Below are positions 38,005-50,789 of a stretch of 64,000 nucleotides of DNA, in pieces; position 1 is the stretch's first letter, and every line of letters starts with the position of its first letter. The notes beneath the pieces are model-generated. The model saw nothing but the letters and a program-made list of their open reading frames with translations, was not told the origin of the DNA and ran no database searches. Source of the DNA: Octopus vulgaris (lineage: Eukaryota). The stretch covers positions 62,248,001-62,312,000 of the forward strand of contig OX597815.1 in assembly GCA_951406725.2 (NCBI GenBank). The letters are read 5' to 3'. The position numbers were made by a program, and so were the translations under genes.

Positions 38005-40545
38005 TATTTTCATATACACTAAAAAGATTAGACTGTTGGAAAAGAAAAGAATTCTAACATCGGGCTACAATAAGTAGCCTCAGATCCCAAGAACTCTGCA
38101 ATTAGATTACACGGTAAGTAACCTTAGATGCCAAGGACCATCCTAAGTATCCTAGCTGTTCCTAGTAACACTGTTTTTTGCAGCTGTACTAAACTGGATT
38201 TTACATCTATTTCCTTTATCCATCAATTCGAATCTTTAGGGATAGTTCCCAATGCACCTATAACTACAAGGATATATTATACCCGCACTTTCCATAGTCT
38301 CTGTAATTCAATAACTAGGTCCTGGTAATTTGCTATTTTATAATATGAGAAGTATACTTCTCATTAATCTTTTCATCATTGGGAGTATAAAGTCTGGCAC
38401 TTTCTATTCTCTTTATCCACTACTATAATCAAATCAAGCCTTCTAGCTTTTATTACTCTATCAGTCTGAATGTTAAGGTCCACAATATCTTGTATTTCTT
38501 ACTTTCTAGTACTTTACTAGGTTCATATTCATACCATTTATCAATGTGTTCAAATCCTAGCTTCTTACATAACTCCCAGTGGATTACTCTCCCTAGGCTG
38601 TCATATCCTTTCTGGTATTCTTTGTGAATACTACATTCACTTACTATATGAGTAACGCTTTTCTCTTTTGATTTTCATAATCTACATTGGGAATCTACTT
38701 GGTTTTTATCCAATTAGTCCTAAATGCTTGTTCTTGTGCAGCTACTAACAAACTTTGTCTCCCTTTTCAGCTTTCCTTTTTTCAACCATAACCATGTCTC
38801 ACTACTACTATTTGCTGAAACTATCTTTTGGAATCTACCATGCAACGACTTCTCCTGCCAGTCAAATAATATCTGTTCTTTCTTCTGGCTTTTAAGATCG
38901 TTTGGTCTTTTGGTTTTCCTATGCTTTGCTGTGACTCTAACTGCTTTTAATAAACTTTCTTGACTGTTGCCTACAAAGGAGTCCATATCTACTCTAGATA
39001 ACTCCACGTAGTCTTCCATTTATATTAACCCTCTTCCGCCTTCCTTTCTATGTAGATATAATCTTGCTAGTCCTGCCCTTGTGTGGGATCCTTCATTGAT
39101 ATAGAATTCCATCCTTGCTCTTCTGTCAAGTTCTGTCAGTAATGATGCTTCCAAAGTACTTACAGCCTTCACTAGATTTGGACCATTTAGTCTAGACCTC
39201 ATTAAATTCCTCACCCTTCTGATGTACACCATCTCAAATTTCGTTTTCATTACAGTAGTGACTACTCCGTCAGATTCTAATACTCCTAGATACTCATAAC
39301 TCTCTCTCCTCCTTTGAGTGATTTTAATGTCTTGCCATCTCGTATTTCGATGCCTTTGCTGTTGACTACCTGTCTCCTACTCATAACTAAAATTCCACAC
39401 TTATCTATGCCAAATTTCATGCCTATAGCTTTGCTGAAGAGTATGACTGTCTGTATTAAGGAATTTATCACTTTTTCATTCTTACTAAAAGCTTCAGATC
39501 ATCCATGTAGAGCAAATGGTTAATTTTTCCCTTACTATTTCTGAACTGATATCCTGCCTTTGCCTTCCTTAATAGGAAACTGAGGGAGATAAAATTTAAG
39601 ACAAATATTAAAGGGGACAACGAGTACCCCTGGAATATTCCTCTTTTGATATTAACTCTCCCTAAGCCTGTGTCACTTGAGTAGAGCTCTACTTTCCATT
39701 TCTTCATGCTACCGATAATTAATTCTCTTATGTTGTCTGCTATACTGAATATACTCAAACATTCAGTTATCCATTAGCGCGGGATCATGTCATGGGCTTT
39801 CCTGTAATCAATCCATGCTATTGTTAAACTTTTCTTTACTATTGGTAGCTTTTACTCCATTTAGAACTGCTTTGTATATATAACAGACCATGCGTTCCTC
39901 TAGCATTCTTCTTGCAACCTTTCTATTCTTCTGGTAGTAAATTCTGGTTGTCAAGCTTCCCGTAAATGCTTTCTGAAATCATTCCTGTTAACAGCTTCCA
40001 CTCTAGTGGTATGTAAGTGAGTGGTCTATAGTTGCTAGCTGTATTACCATTATCATTCATAATGAGTATTGTCCTCCCTCTAGTCATCCATTCTGGTATT
40101 ATTCCTCCATTAAGGCAACTCTGAAGTTCTCTTCTCAGCCTCCCATATAAACTACTAAATTTCTATAGCCATTATCCTTGAACTAAATCTGGTCTTGGGC
40201 TCTTCCATTTCGAAATTTTTCTAACCCTTTACTTATTGATGCACAGGTTAGTCTTAGATTTGGCTGCTTCTCACTCACTACTTCCTCCCTCATATTCTTT
40301 AACCAAACTGCATCTCCATTAGGTTTCTCATCTTCGGCTCTTCGTTCTCTACTAACCATTTGGTTTAAAAATCTCCTCTGGTCTGTCTCACATAATCTAT
40401 TCTGTTGATACTGAACTTTTTGGATATCTAGAGAGCTTGCCTACTACTCCTAAGATGCGCTGTTTCAACTCTTCTATTATTGTCCCAAATCCTTTCTCTT
40501 TGTCTAATTATCTTTACTCGAAGCAACGTGTATCTTTGCTCAGTG
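38005..40545 (-). mobile_element. R4/Dong-like RLE retrotransposon (family B), 5'-truncated
   Basis: RGIFQGYSLSPL, INHLLYMDDLKL, GMKFGIDKC, RLYLHRKEGGRG and a C-terminal RLE region (..LGTARILRMVLG), with many stops. Confidence 0.88.
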
Positions 40546-43525
40546 TGCCTATACCATCTTTTTTTCTGTTGTTATTCCATAGTGTTGGCATAACTTTCAG
40601 TGTGTATAGGTTCCAACACTGTCGTGTCTGTGAACATATTCCTTCTTAGCTAGTACTGGGCAGCCAGAGACAATATGATTTATTGCTTATTCTCCATTTC
40701 CACATATTCTGCAGTTACTTGTATTTCTTTTCATTACGTGTTTTTGGTGATTTCTGGTGGGAAGGCTTTGATCTTGTGCTGCAATTAAAAATCCTTCAGT
40801 CTTTGCTTTGAGTCTTGAGTTTCTCAACGATTGTTGGGATTTTGCTTTGTCTATTTCTTTTCTGTTTAGCTAAACCCAATATTTGCCATGAAGGGGCTTT
40901 TGTTGCCATCGTTTTATCATGATCCGTTGCTGCTCCAGTTGTTTCTTCTTTTTCTTCATAGTTGTTAAGTATTATGATCGCTTTAAAGAGTGAAAGCAGT
41001 TTTTTGTTTTGTTTGTGTTTTGTTGCTATTTGTATTAGTTTTCCTTGCTTCTGAAGTAGGTATTTCTATAGTCTCATGGTGGTTATTTTGCAATAGTTTT
41101 CTCGCTGTATAAGGCCTCTGCCACCTTCAATACGTTCTATATATAGCCTTTTTATGTCAGATTTTGTGTGGTGCATCCTAAATCCAGTCATTATTTTTCT
41201 TGTTTTCCTGTCTATTTTGATTAGTTCATTTCGAGTTCAGTTAAGAATATTGTAGTTGCAACTGGGACGGCTAGATACCTATTATCTTGTTTTTCCCATT
41301 GAGCTCTGTTTTCAGTATTAATCTAACTCGTCTATAGTATTCCTTGTTTATTTTCTCTCTCATTTGTGTGTGCTGTATCGTATCTAGTTCGTTGATTCCT
41401 AAGTATTTGTATGCCTGGCTTTGGTCTAATTTTTTTTTTACCTCATTTGCTTTATCTAGTGTGATGTTGCTACTCTTAACTAGTTTTCCTCTTTTCAAGG
41501 TTGCTTTGATACATTTTTCTAAGCCAAATTTCACGTTTATTTCTTTGGTAAATCCATGTACTGCCTGTAGTAATGTTTCTAGCTGTTTATCATTTGTAGC
41601 GTAGTTTTAGATCATCCATATACAAGAGATGGCTGATTGTTTTGCCGTAATTGTTGTATCCACACCCAGTTCTGTCTAGCATGTTAGGTAAAGGTGTCAG
41701 TGCCAAGCAGAAAAGGAGTGGAGAGCGCGCGTCTCCCTGAAATATTCCTTTTCTAATTGGGATGGCTTTTTATGAGTCCCTCTTTTGTCTGGAGCTGTAG
41801 CACTGTCTGTCATTTATTAATGGAATGTTTTATATATTTTATGATTATTGGTACTACCTTGTTCATGGCTAGTGTTTCTAGGATCCATGTGTGAGGAATA
41901 CTATCAAAACCCTTTAGGTAATATCGATCCAGGCCATACTTAGACCCTTCTTCTTTCTGCAGCTGTCTTCACTTATGGCTTTATCGATCAGTAGCTGATC
42001 TTTACAGCCGTATGAGCCTTTGTAGCATCCTTTCTGCTCTCCTAGAAATAAGTTGCTTTCTTCTAGATGTTTGCTCATTCTATGCGATATTGCAGTAAAG
42101 GCTTCGTAAATTGTAGAGAGATAAGTTATCGGTCTGTAATTTTGTGGGTTTGCCGTTTCAGTGGATTTGGGTATTAGGATAGTTTTCCCTTCTATAAGCC
42201 ATTCAGGCATTGTCTCTGGCTCTGTTAGTATTTCATTAAATTTTTCAGCCAGTTTTTTTTAGATATTTTAACGAGAAGTTGGGAACCTTGTCGCGCCCGG
42301 GTGCCTTCTAGTTACTAAGTTTTTGCAGTGCTTGGGTGACCTCTTCAGTTGTTAGAGGAATCCAGATTTGTTTAGGTGCTGTGTTCATTGTTTTGATAGA
42401 TCTTTTCTAAGGTTGTTCCATCGCCGACCATATGTTTTTCCAGAATTCTTCCACTTCTTCTGCTGTTGGTGCTGCACTGATCTGTATTTTATTTTTGCCA
42501 AGTTCTTGGTAGAATCTTTTGGGGTTGGTCTTGAACTGTTTGTTTTGTTCAACGAATCGTTGGCGTTTCTCATACCGTGGATTCTTTGTGCTTTGGCAAG
42601 GATATCTTGTTTTAGCTGTTCTTTTACCTCAGGTATACCTTGTTCTCTAATTTTGTATTTACGAAGTATTCTTCTTCTCTTCTTGTTGCTTAGTAATGCT
42701 GTTTGTCTACTAGTTTCGTTAACGATTGACAGATTCTTTCTCTTATTTTCTATTCTTTTCTGGATATTATTTATCCACAGCACTTGTCTGGGTGTTGATG
42801 CTCCCGCTTGTTTGGGTTTTAGAGGGTATCCAGCTTCTTTTGTGGCCACAGAGGCTGCTGCATATATTATCTAATTTAACCTAGTCATATTGACATTTGC
42901 TTCTGTGCCTATTAGTTCTGTGACGGCCAGGTTTATGCTATTTATTATTGATGCGGTTTTATAATCAAGTTTAAGTTTTGGGAGGTATAATCGGTGTTCC
43001 ATATTGAGATCTTTAGCTTTCAATTCTTTGTTTATACTCATTTTTAGAGTATCATAATCATTAGTTTCACCTTCGCTGTTTCCGGGTTTCAGATTTGTTT
43101 CATATTTCCTCCTGGTTCGTACATTTGTTTGTGGTGTTCTGCTTTGATGCATTTTGCTCACTATTCCTACAGTCTGCGTTTGTTGACTTTTGTTGTGTAC
43201 TTCGTTTTCGTTGGACATGTTAATTCTGTCTTCGTGTTTTTCAGTCCCAGTGCTTATGATATTATTTGTCATTGCTGTGTCTACGTTTTCCTGATGTATT
43301 TTTCCTTTTAAGTATTCTATTTCTATTTCTGATATGTTTTATTTTGTTTGTTTATTTTGCTGAATCTAAATTTTTATATAGGTTATTTTTCTTCCAGATT
43401 TTACATGTATATGTTGTTATGTTTTCGTTCTGTGGATAGAACACTGCTGTAAAATAAGCGTGTAGTATTGAAGTATATTCCTCACGTGTCCATTTATGCT
43501 TTTTTGATTTTATCTGCGTGACATG
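40546..43525 (-). mobile_element. R4/Dong-like RLE retrotransposon (family A), 5' end present, 3'-truncated
   Basis: N-terminal KWTREEY..ILHAYF, NYRPIT, EQKGC..GSYGCKDQLLID, AWID, YMDDL and a CCHC region CRICG...HIVSGC..RHD. The 5' end abuts (TAA)n. Confidence 0.9.
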
Positions 43526-43589
43526 TGGAATAACGTATTATTATTGTTGTTGTTGTTATTATTATTATTATTTTTTTTTATTTTACTTC

Positions 43590-43890
43590 ACAGAGTTCTA
43601 AGTGATTATGTGAGAGCGGACAACAACTTGTCAGAGGTCTCACAGAGTCTCTTTCTGCAAATCATAAGCTTTGGTACCTGGATGATAACTTATCGCGGAA
43701 GACACTCAACACCCAAGTACCATTATAAAAATCTTAGCTTCTCCCCTATAGAACAATTTTTGGGGGCCTGCTCTGCCCTCATATCAATTCCAATTTCTCC
43801 GACATATTTCTCGAACCTGGTTGTTAGCGCTCCGAGTGCACCTACAACTACTGGGATGACAGACACTCTCCTCATTGCCTACATTCTTGC
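43590..43890 (-). pseudogene. 3' RLE-end fragment of an R4/Dong-like element between TTA tracts
   Basis: Minus-strand VIPVVVGALGA motif. Confidence 0.6.
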
Positions 43891-43949
43891 ATTATTATTA
43901 TTATTGTTGTTGTTGTTATTTTTGTTGTTGTTGCTATTATTATTATTAC

Positions 43950-44016
<67 letters not shown>

Positions 44017-44684
44017 AAGTGGTTGCTATCTCAAGGATTTCATTTCTTATATCACAAAATATATTCAAGGTTTACAAATGCTTTGTGAGAATGGTCTCTA
44101 CTACTTACAACCTCTTGTATCATATTCTCTGGAACGTGACTATGTCTTAAAGTATAACTAGCCTGGCAATGTCTTCGCAAAAGTCATTGTTTACTATTTC
44201 CGTTGTAGCCTTAACAATTAGAATAATGGCATTTATTACATAGCATAATGTTTTCTACCGGAGAATTCAAGTACAGTTTCTTAGTCTTTCACCTCGTTTC
44301 TGCACGACAATGATTAAGTATTGAAATCTGAATTGTTAATATTATTTTTAATTTCATGAACGTCTGTGAAAATCATGCCGGGTCTGTTGTCTTTATGTTA
44401 AATTTCTATGGAATATTTTCATTTCTGGAGAAAAAGTGCTGTCCACGTTCTGTTTATGCACTTCCAAATTTGTGGATCCATGCAACTGATTTTTGGCTTT
44501 GAAATTCTGTACACTGATGTATGTGTGTTTGGTAAACTCAAGCAAATAATGTGACGTGAAGTTGCAATTCTCAAGATAATGTAATGAGTGAAATGTTTGA
44601 GGATATGTTTAGTTTGGAAGGGTGAATATAATTGACTAATCCTCAGCCCCTAACTTGCTGGCCTTGTGCAAAAATTTTAAACCA

Positions 44685-44687
<3 letters not shown>

Positions 44688-44760
<73 letters not shown>

Positions 44761-44827
44761 CATTATTATTATTATTATCATTTTATCCTTATTATTATTA
44801 TTATTATCATTATTATCATTTTTATCC

Positions 44828-44882
<55 letters not shown>

Positions 44883-44890
44883 CATTATTA

Positions 44891-44953
<63 letters not shown>
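44688..44953. repeat. (TTA)n tract
   Basis: Direct reading. Confidence 0.95.
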
Positions 44954-44954
<1 letters not shown>

Positions 44955-46155
44955 TCTGTTTGACTGTTGCTTTACATTTGCACAAGCTGGCTCCAAGTCT
45001 CACCCAGAGACCTCAAGAGACAGCAAGTTGGAAGTTCATGTTGGTGTTATGCCTAGGGTGCCATATATTTGGTTTTGTACTTAGTGTTGTACTAGTGAAT
45101 GCCTAAAAAACTATACGAAAATTATGTTTGTTTTAAAACTTGAGATTACAAAGAAAGTATTTTGCGAAGGATATGAACAGTTCCCATGAGCACTATCTTT
45201 TGAATTTCTGCCATTTTGGGGTTTCCTGGTATCTGAGTTAGGTAGCAATCAGCCCCTTTTGCTTTCATTCCCAGGGCACCTATGACTACAGGTATTGTTT
45301 TAGTCTTCAGGTTCCACATTTTGCTGATTTCTATTTCCAGATCTTTATATTTGCTCAGTTTCTGGTAGGTCTTGACAGATACGTTTATATCGATTGGGAC
45401 AGTCATATCAATGAGGAGGCATATTTTTTGTCTGAAGTGTTTTACTATGATGTCTGGCCTATTCGCGTCTATCTTTCTGTCAGTTTGAATGGTGAAGTTC
45501 CAGAAGAGTGAGATGTGGTCATTTTCAAGCACTGGTGGTGGTTTATGTTCCCACCAGTTTTTATCATGGGGCAAGTCCAGGCTTCTGCAAATTACCCAGT
45601 GAATATATTGTGCAGCTCTATCATGCCTGTTGAGATACTCTGTAGGCGCAAGAAGACTGCACTTGGAGACAACATGGTCAATGGTTTCATTTTATTGTTG
45701 ACATACACGATATGTTGGGCTACTGCCGTTCTTTAATATGTTGGCCTGGTAGTTCCTTGTAGGTAGGTATTGATCTTGAGCTGCTATGATAAACCCTTCT
45801 GCTTCAGATTTTAAGCCAGAGGCCATTAGCCATTGATGGGTCAGGGCTTTGTCAACATCTGCATTATTCACTCTCTTTGGGTATTTGCCATTGAGAGGTT
45901 CTTCTTGCCATTTATCAGTAAGAATATCTAAGGCAGCAGTTTTAGCACGGGTTTTCATGCGCTTAGCTTTTTCTGTGCTTCCTTCTTGTGTGTCTAATTC
46001 CGGAATTTGTTGAATTCGGAATTCACTTAGATATTCCCTTGCCTGTTTTTGTTACTGAGTATGATGCTTTCTTGTTTTCATGTTTTGAGACAAGTTTTAA
46101 CATCCAGTTCTCAGAGTTTTTCAGGTAGGTGTCTAGGCCAATTGTTATTGCCATC
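44955..46155 (-). mobile_element. R4/Dong-like element 3' part (family C), RLE domain
   Basis: LKSEAEGFIIAAQDQ, IQTDRKIDANRPDIIV..LIDMTVP and KYKDL..IPVVIGALG..ILRKILSL. The 3' UTR ends in (TAA)n. Confidence 0.9.
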
Positions 46156-46157
46156 TT

Positions 46158-49100
46158 AGCTGTCCCTAATACCAGTTTTCTGCAGCTGTACTAAATTGGG
46201 TGTTATGCCTATTTCATCTATCCATCTGTTCAAATCTTTAGGGATAGTTCCTAATGCACCTATAACTACTGGGATACATTTTACCCACGATTTCCATAGT
46301 CTTTGTAATTCAATAGCTAGTTCTTGGTAATTTGCTATCTTTTTCTATACTTCTCATATTAATTTTTTCATCATTTGCGACTATAAATTCAATTACCTCG
46401 TACTTTCTATTCTCTTTATCTACTACCAAATCAGGCCGTCTAGCTTTTATTACTCTGTCAGTTTGAATGTTAAAGTTCCACAGCATCTTATATTTCTTAC
46501 CTTCTAGTACTGTGCTAGGTTCATATTCATACGATTTACCAGTATGTTCAAATCCTAGCTTTCTAAATAGATTCTAGTGGATTGCTCTCCCTAGGTTGTC
46601 ATGTCTTTTCTTGTATTCTCTCTGTTCCAGCATGCTACATTCACTTACTATAAAGAGTAACTCTTTCCTCTTTTGATTTGCATAATCTACTTTGGGAATC
46701 TACTTGGTTTTTGTCTATCATGGCTTTTATCCAATTAGTCCTTAATGTTTGATCTTAAGCAGCTACTAACAAACTTTCTGTTTCCTTTGTCAGCTTCCCT
46801 TTCTGCAACTATAACCATATCTCACTACTACTATTTGCTGAAACTATATATGGGAATCTACCATGCATTGCCTTCTCCTTCCAGTCAGATAGCCTCTGTT
46901 CTTTTTTCTGGTTTCTAAGTTCATTTGGTGTTTTGGTTTCCCTATGTCTTGCTGTGAATCGAGCAGCTTTTAATACACTTTTTTCTCTATTACCTACATA
47001 GGAGTCTATATCTACTCTAGATAACACCACGCAGTCTTCTACTGATATTTACCCTCTTCCGCCTCCCTTTCTAGGTAGGTATAATCTTGCTACTCCTCAC
47101 CCTTGGGTGGGGTCTTCCATTCATATTGAATTCCTTCTTAGTTCTTTTGTCTAACTTTGCTAATTCAGTTTTTGTCCAGTCAACAAAAGCTGCTGAGTAT
47201 CTAAGTAATGATACTGCCCAAGTATTTACAGCCTTCACTATATTAGTTTTGATTTCATTAGTTTCCTTAACATTCTGATGTACTCATCATTTTTCGTTTT
47301 CATTTCTTTAGTTAGTACTTTGTTAGATTCTAATACTCCTAGATACTTATAACTCTCTCTCCTCCTTTGAATGATTTTAATGCCTGCCCATCTGGTAATT
47401 GGATGTCTTCACTGTTGCCCTATCCCCTTCTCATGACTAATATTGCACACTTATCTATGCTAAATTTCATGCCTATATCTTAGCTGAAGAGTATGACTGT
47501 CTGTATTAGGAAATTTATCATTCTTACTAAAAAGCTTCAGATCATCCATGTAAAGCAAATGGTTAATTTTTCCCTTACTATTTCTGAACTGATATCCTGC
47601 CTTTGCCTTCCTTAATACGAAACTGAGGGAGATAAAATTTAAGACAAATATTTAAAGAGACAAAGAGTATCCCTAGAATATTCCTCTTTTGATATTAACT
47701 CTCCCTAAGACTGTGTCACTTGAGTAGAGCTCTACTTTCCATTTCTTCATGCTACCGATAATTAATTCTCTTATGTTGTCTGCTATACTGAATATACTCA
47801 AACATTCAGTTATCCATTAGCGCGGGATCATGTCATGGGCTTTCCTGTAATCAATCCATGCTATTGTTAAACTTTTCTTTACTATTGGTAGCTTTTACTC
47901 CATTTAGAACTGCTTTGTATATATAACAGACCATGCGTTCCTCTAGCATTCTTCTTGCAACCTTTCTATTCTTCTGGTAGTAAATTCTGGTTGTCAAGCT
48001 TCCCGTAAATGCTTTCTGAAATCATTCCTGTTAACAGCTTCCACTCTAGTGGTATGTACGTGAGTGGTCTATAGTTACTAGCTGTATTACCATTATCATT
48101 CATAATGAGTATTGTCCTCCCTCTAGTCATCCATTCTGGTATTATTCCTCCATTAAGGCAACTCTGAAGTTCTCCTCTCAGCCTCCCATATAAACTACTA
48201 AATTTATATAGCCATTATCCTTGAACTAAATCTGGTCTTGGGCTCTTCCATTTCGAAATTTTTCTAACCCTTTACTTATTGATGCACAGGTTAGTCTTAG
48301 ATTTGGCTGCTTCTCACTCCCTACTTCTTCCATCACTTTTTGTAACCAAACTGCATCTCCATTATGATTGGCTGGCTTATCCTAAATATTACTCCAGAAC
48401 TTTCTAGCCTCTTCTGCATTAGGCTTCTCATCTTCAGTACTTTGTTCTCAACGTTTTATTTGGTTATAAAATCTCATCTGGTCTGTCTCAAATAATCTAT
48501 TCTCTTGATACTGATATATTCTTTTCTGATATCTGGAGTGCTTGACTGCTACTACTATGATACACTGTTTCAACTTTTCTATTATTGTCCCAAATCCTTT
48601 CTCTCTGTCTAAGTATCTTTGTTCGAGGCAAGATTTGAGTCTTGTGTTTCCTAAGCTGTTTGCGTTCTGAGCCTCTATTCTACTCACATCTTATGTTAAT
48701 GTCTTCACTTTATTTTTAGTCCCCTTTTCCATATTTGCTCTTTTTAAACCTTTCCCTCTGAGATATCTAATCTTCTAGTAACTGCTACCCCTCCTGCATA
48801 GCTCAATAAGTTAGTGTCTCCTATGTTTTTAGTATTTATCCTGCTGATAACAGAATCTACTTTCCTAGTTATTTCTCGTAGCTTCCTTCTGCTGGTGCCT
48901 TTTAAAGCTAGCAATCTTTCTCCTACTTCTTTACTCATTACTTCCTGCAACTCATCAAAAATCTTCTGATCTTCTTCACTTAAATCCCTTATGTCGTTGG
49001 TGCCAGTTGTCCATTCCTTATTGGTAACGTTATTGTAATTTTTTCCTGTAGGTTCATCTTTGGTTTGAGCTGTATCTCTTATGTTGTTGTTTGTCTTTCC

Positions 49101-49535
49101 TACTACCTGGTTTTTCTTTTCCAGTTCCCTGTTGATCTCTTCTGCCTCCAATTTTGATGTCCACTTTATTCTTCTAATAACATTAGCTTGATGAACTAAT
49201 CTCTGCTCAGTCACTTTAAACATACCCTTCTGTACCCAAAATGTTAACATCCGTTTTATATAGCCCCTTCTTTTAGGTTCACTTTCTAAGTAGCATTATA
49301 TCACTATCCTGTTTTCTTCGCTGGTTCATTTTCTCCTTGCTCTATTATCTGCTGGTGCTGTATTAGGATGACAGCTGTGGTCAATCTGCATCGTTACCGA
49401 TCCACCTACGTGTGAGAGGCCTTCCTTTAAAGGTCCAGCTTCATTTTCGCTGTTACAACCAGAGTTTCTTCGGAAACTCGTCGTTTGTCTTCGCGTGGTG
49501 TCATTTTCAGGCATTCGCTAACCATGTGCCATACC
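46158..49535 (-). mobile_element. R4/Dong-like retrotransposon (family B), near full length, decayed
   Basis: N-terminal ..TSEENRIVI..GYIKRMLTFW...TEQRLVHQANVIRR. RT and RLE regions are homologous to 38005-40545. Confidence 0.9.
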
Positions 49536-49539
49536 ATTT

Positions 49540-50780
49540 CACTCCTCCCATAACGCATTCTGCTTTAGTTGCTGTCGGTAGTGTAGTCTATTCTGCACTT
49601 CACGTAGCTAGTCATTACGCCTGTTCTTAAGCTACATCTATCTCTATCTTCAGGTTACACTTCATCCAGAGCCACCGGTCTCCTATATCTGTCTTGGCGT
49701 TCGTGTATCTTGCAAACTGACCGCACATTTTTCTCCGTCCATGCTGTTTCTTTTTTAGCGTTCCTTGCCTCTTTAAGTTTTCCCTTCATTACGCGATTAT
49801 TTGTTTTAACGACGCCGGTCTTCTTGACATGTTTCAAGAATTTTTCCATGGCATTTTTACATACCACCCTAAGCTGTTTTCCTCTGCTTCTTTACAATCC
49901 TGGCAACTGATAAAACCCCACCCACTCTTTCTTCGGGACTAGTACACTCTTAGGATGGAAGGCTTTTATTGTCACTCTTAGGGCGGAAGGCTCCTATTGT
50001 TAATATTATTATTATCTTCACATACAACAGAAGAGAAAAGAATCATAACATCGGGATACAAGTAACCTTAGATGCCAAGAACTCTCCTATTGCTATCACT
50101 TCTACTCTCCTCATTGACCACAACCTTCGTATTTCCCACTTCAAATCTTCGTAGTTGCTCAGTTTTTCTTATTTCTCTTTGATCCCGTTGTCACCGGGGC
50201 ATGCTATGTCGATTATCAAACATGTTCTTTCTTTTTCCTTTCACCACAACAAAGCCTGGTTTCCGATGTATGGTCAGATGATCGCACTGAATCAATGCAT
50301 CCTTTAGGATTTCGCAATTCTCATTCTCGGTGACTCGTTCTGGGGTTTGCTCAAACTAGGTCTTTGCTCATTGTAGGCCGTTATTTCCACAGGGCTCCAA
50401 ATGGATTATTCTTGCCACATTGTCATGTCGTATTTTGTATTCGCGTTGTGCTAATTTCGGGCTTTCGCTAACGATGTACCATACTCTCTCACCATACATT
50501 CTGCATTTGTCTTTGTCGGTAGTGTTGTCTATTCTGCACTCAACATAGTTAGTTCTTAACGCTTTCTCTTAAGCTACTCATGTAAGTGCATCTATCTCTA
50601 TCTTCAGGTCACTCCTCCTCATCGAGAGCCACAGGTCTTCTATATGTGTCTTGGCATTCGTGTCTCTTGCCAACTGACCGCACAGTTTTTTACGTTGTTT
50701 TTCATTTTCCCATATCGGTTGCTCAAAGTTTATTTGTTGTTTACCGAGTTCCTTGTAAAATTTCTTTCCATCCTCTTTAA
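49540..50780 (-). pseudogene. Further R4/Dong-like 3' fragments
   Basis: RRSDLKIEIDA, IIDIACPGD and RHDNVARII remnants. 49540-49750 and 50440-50690 are mutually similar. Confidence 0.7.
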
Positions 50781-50789
50781 ATAACAACA

